From NCBI RefSeq assembly GCF_000143415.4, contig NW_003314292.1:999498-1063497 (forward strand): 64,000 nucleotides of DNA, written 5' to 3'. A program made the translations under genes and the position numbers. Source of the stretch: Selaginella moellendorffii. Lineage: Eukaryota; Plantae; Lycopodiophyta. The notes under the pieces are model-generated. The model did not search any database and was not told where the DNA came from. It saw only the letters and a program-made list of their open reading frames with translations. Positions within the stretch are counted from its first letter, which is position 1; each line of letters begins with the position of its first letter. Below are positions 60,878 to 64,000 of the stretch, one piece after another.

Positions 60878-63800
60878 TGTAAGCCACAAATTTTTCCTTT
60901 CCAATTTGCCAGCTTACCTCGCTATCCGACCAACTCTGCCTTGGCTTGTGCTAAGTTCCCTCGCCAAAGTTCTCGCCTATGGTACCAGCTCCTACTTGGT
61001 CCTACTTGGTTTCAGCTACTCACTGCACGAGCAACGGAGTGTTAGCCATCCATCTACGGATTCCCAAATCTCTCCCAATCCCCCTCCCCGGGTTAGACTA
61101 GACTTAAGGTTTGGCTACACTCCCCGCAGGCATAAGCAGCCAAGCACACCAAGCCTCCAGATTCCTAACACCCCTTGCTACCACAAGACTTGATCATGGG
61201 ACCCTCTAAATCCCAAGCCTTGGGTGCAACACTTGCTTCGGGACGTCGGGGAGAAACACCGTGGCCTACCGGCCCGGTATGGGTACCTCTACCCTCCCAC
61301 TTCCATCCTGAAGGGAAGGCCCAAGCCCCTAGGAAGGGCGAGGACCAATGAGCCACAAGGTACTCAAGTGGGGCACCACTCCACATGAGCCGGGAGCACC
61401 GCAGTCGGTTTCCCTTTCGAGAGTGGGAGCTGCTCTTGAGCACTTCCCTAGGTGGCCCCTCTGGCACCACTCAAGCCCATGCTCACTCCCACCCAAGGCC
61501 CTTCGGCCCCAGTCTCAACCTCAAGTCGGTTTGGAAGCCCCACTGGAGAGTTCCTTCAAGACTGGTTCCTGGACCTCATTATCCCTACTATACTTTTGGA
61601 ACCCCCTGCAGCCTCCGCCCCCCCTGGGAGATACACGCTTTGGGCTTTCACCCCTTGAGCTGTATTAGTATGTGGACTTAGTCTCAGAATTGATCTCGGA
61701 CTCGATCTCGGACCCGACTTTGGACTCGGTCTCGGACTCGATCTCGGACTCGATCTCGGACTCGATCTCGAACCCGATCTCGGACTCGACTTCGGACTGG
61801 ACCTCGGACTCGGTCTCGGACCCGATTTGGATCTCGGACTCCGTCTCAAACTCGGTCTCGATCTCAGTCTCTGATTCGGCCTCGGCTCGATCCCGGACTC
61901 TATCTCGAACTCGGTCTCAGAGTCGGTCTTGGACTCGATCTTCGACTCGGTCCCATTCGATGAACTCTTTGTCATTTCGGTCAAGCTTTCGGGGATCCTT
62001 TAGCCTACGACATCTCGGGGAGTCGGTTCCTTACAACTCCACCACCCATAGAAAAAGTTCGATGCCCACATCAAACGTCTCTTTTTATCCTACGACTTGT
62101 TGACCATGTCTCCGGGGGCATCCCCCCACTTAGCGGTGTGCCTAAGTTAGCCTCCCCGGCCAAGAGCCCATGACAACGAAATATAGGTGTCCCTATACCC
62201 CTCACCTCACCACGCCCTAGTATGGGGTCGGGACTTGAACCCAGCCTTGCTTTACTAGGGGGTTGGGACTCGAACCCAACCTCCGTAGAATACGTCTACG
62301 AAGTTGACCTATCCAACCCATGCTAATTAGCTTACCTTCGGCGCGCCTTCGGGTCCCAACATATGCCACTTGCTCAACTTTGCAAATTGATGTTTTTAAT
62401 TGAACTTTGCATAAGTACAGAGAGTTCTGCCTTGCAGAAATTCCTCCACTAGATCTCGCACGTTCGCTAGGTTCTCCTCTAGTTCCCATGTTGCTTTGCA
62501 GTGTGGAAATCCTTCCCACTTCACATGGAACTCTCTCACCTCGCGTCCTTGTCACTTGCTCTTGCGCGCATTGAGGATGGCCTCGACTTCGTATTCCTCT
62601 TCCCCTTGAATAACCTCAGGTAAAGGTCTCACTTGGTCCTTGCGAAGCGGATCCTCAAAGTACGGCTTGAGTAAGTTCACGTGGAACACTGGGTGCATCT
62701 TCCCCATCTCTCGAGGAAGTCGGAGACGGTAAGCCACTTTACCGATTTGTGCCTCAATCTCGTAAGGCCCCGCGAACCTGCTTAAGGAACTCAAGATCAA
62801 TTCATTTACAGGAATACATGCATCTTTAGCTTTGGGTCAACTTTCGGCTGATCCCACTTGGTAGTCTGAGGTTCTTGGTGTTCAGCCACACCTTCTCCCC
62901 AGCTTGGAACTCTACATCCCGACGCTTCCGGTTCGCGTATTTGGTTTGCCTTTGTTGAGCCTGTTCCAAGGAATCCCTCACTAGATTCCAAATGCTGAAT
63001 CTTTCTGCCGTGAATGCCTCCATTGCGGGCAACTCTCCATGATACTCGGCCACGCCGAGTTCCACAGGACCTTTAATAGCTCGCCCATTGATGACTTCCC
63101 ATGGACTCACCCCGATACTCGAATGTGGTGAGTTGTTATAACACATTTCCGCAAGTCCTAAATAACTTACCCAATCGGTTTGGTCTCCCGAGACATAGCA
63201 TCGCAAATAATCCTCCAGCTGCCTATTCACCCTTTCCGTTTGTCCGTCTGTCAAGAAGTGTTAATGCCAACAACTTGACTTAATACCCCATACCTGTCTG
63301 TGGGTGATAGGCTGTGCTGAATTTCAACTTGGTGCGATACTATTCCAGGAGAGTCCTCTAAAACCTACTGGTGAAGATCTTATCTCGATCTGAGATGATC
63401 TCTTCCGGTCTTCCCCGCACTTGAACCACTTGTTTGAAGAATAGCTTCGCCACACCTTCCGCATCCACCTCCGTTGTGGTGGGTATGAAATGTGCCATTT
63501 TCAAAAATCGGTCCACCACCACGAATATCGCATCAAACCCCTCGCTTGGGGGGAGTCCCGTGATGAAGTCCATCGTAAGACATTTCCACGGACAATCTGG
63601 AATTGGGATGCTTTGCAACAAGCCCCCACTAGCCTTAGTCACGGCTTTTACCTGCTGACATTTTGGACATGTCTTTACATAGTCTTGGACATCCTTAGCC
63701 ATATCTGGCCAATGGTACTTCCTCTTGAGTAAGCCCATTGTCTTGGGCACTCCGCCGTGTCTTGCAAGAGGTCTGTCATGACACTCTTCTAAGGCTACCT

Positions 63801-64000
63801 TCCTTAGTTCCCCTTTTGGAACATACACCCTCGTTTGCTTGTAATAGATGAGTCTGTTGCGTTCTGCATAGCCCGTTTTCTCTTCTGTTGGCAGCTCACC
63901 TCTCTGGTGAGCTTCCCGTGCCTCTAGATTCCTCAGGAACACTTCTTGTGCTAGACCATCGTTCTCATATGCTGCCCGCACATCATTCCAGAAGGTTGCT
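60878..64000 (-). mobile_element. Family-A copy (element 3): 3' LTR 60878-62035 plus integrase/chromodomain, running off the window end
   Basis: LTR TGTAAGCC..CTTACA inserted into element 2 pol. Integrase matches element 1 with stops at 63358 and 62552. Both introns are present (63248-63293, 62778-62829). Confidence 0.93.

Overview
Eukaryotic, plant-type nuclear DNA with very high gene density and mostly 45-80 nt GT-AG introns. This pattern suggests a compact lycophyte genome such as Selaginella (inference, not verified). Positions 1-44.8 kb are gene-rich: small secreted peptides, a degenerate tRNA-Leu(CAA), phytochelatin synthase, a head-to-head pair of NGATHA-like B3 repressors, a TNO1-like tail-anchored coiled-coil protein, an NAA60-like GNAT, a nucleotide-sugar transporter, a Cys-rich peptide, a two-lipoyl-domain PDC E2 lacking its catalytic His, a long-loop PIN, BIO3-BIO1, an LRR-RLP, a tandem-domain THG1, PPR remnants and an intronless bacterial-like LamG gene. 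After an N gap, positions 45-64 kb are a nested cluster of chromodomain Ty3/gypsy LTR retrotransposons, including one very young full-length copy (47583-55115). The main finding is that this element's integrase reading frame is split by two short GT-AG introns (46 and 52 nt), retained in two genomic copies. Unspliced genomic RNA would therefore encode Gag-Pol truncated just before the catalytic Glu of integrase, and only spliced RNA could yield a complete integrase-chromodomain.
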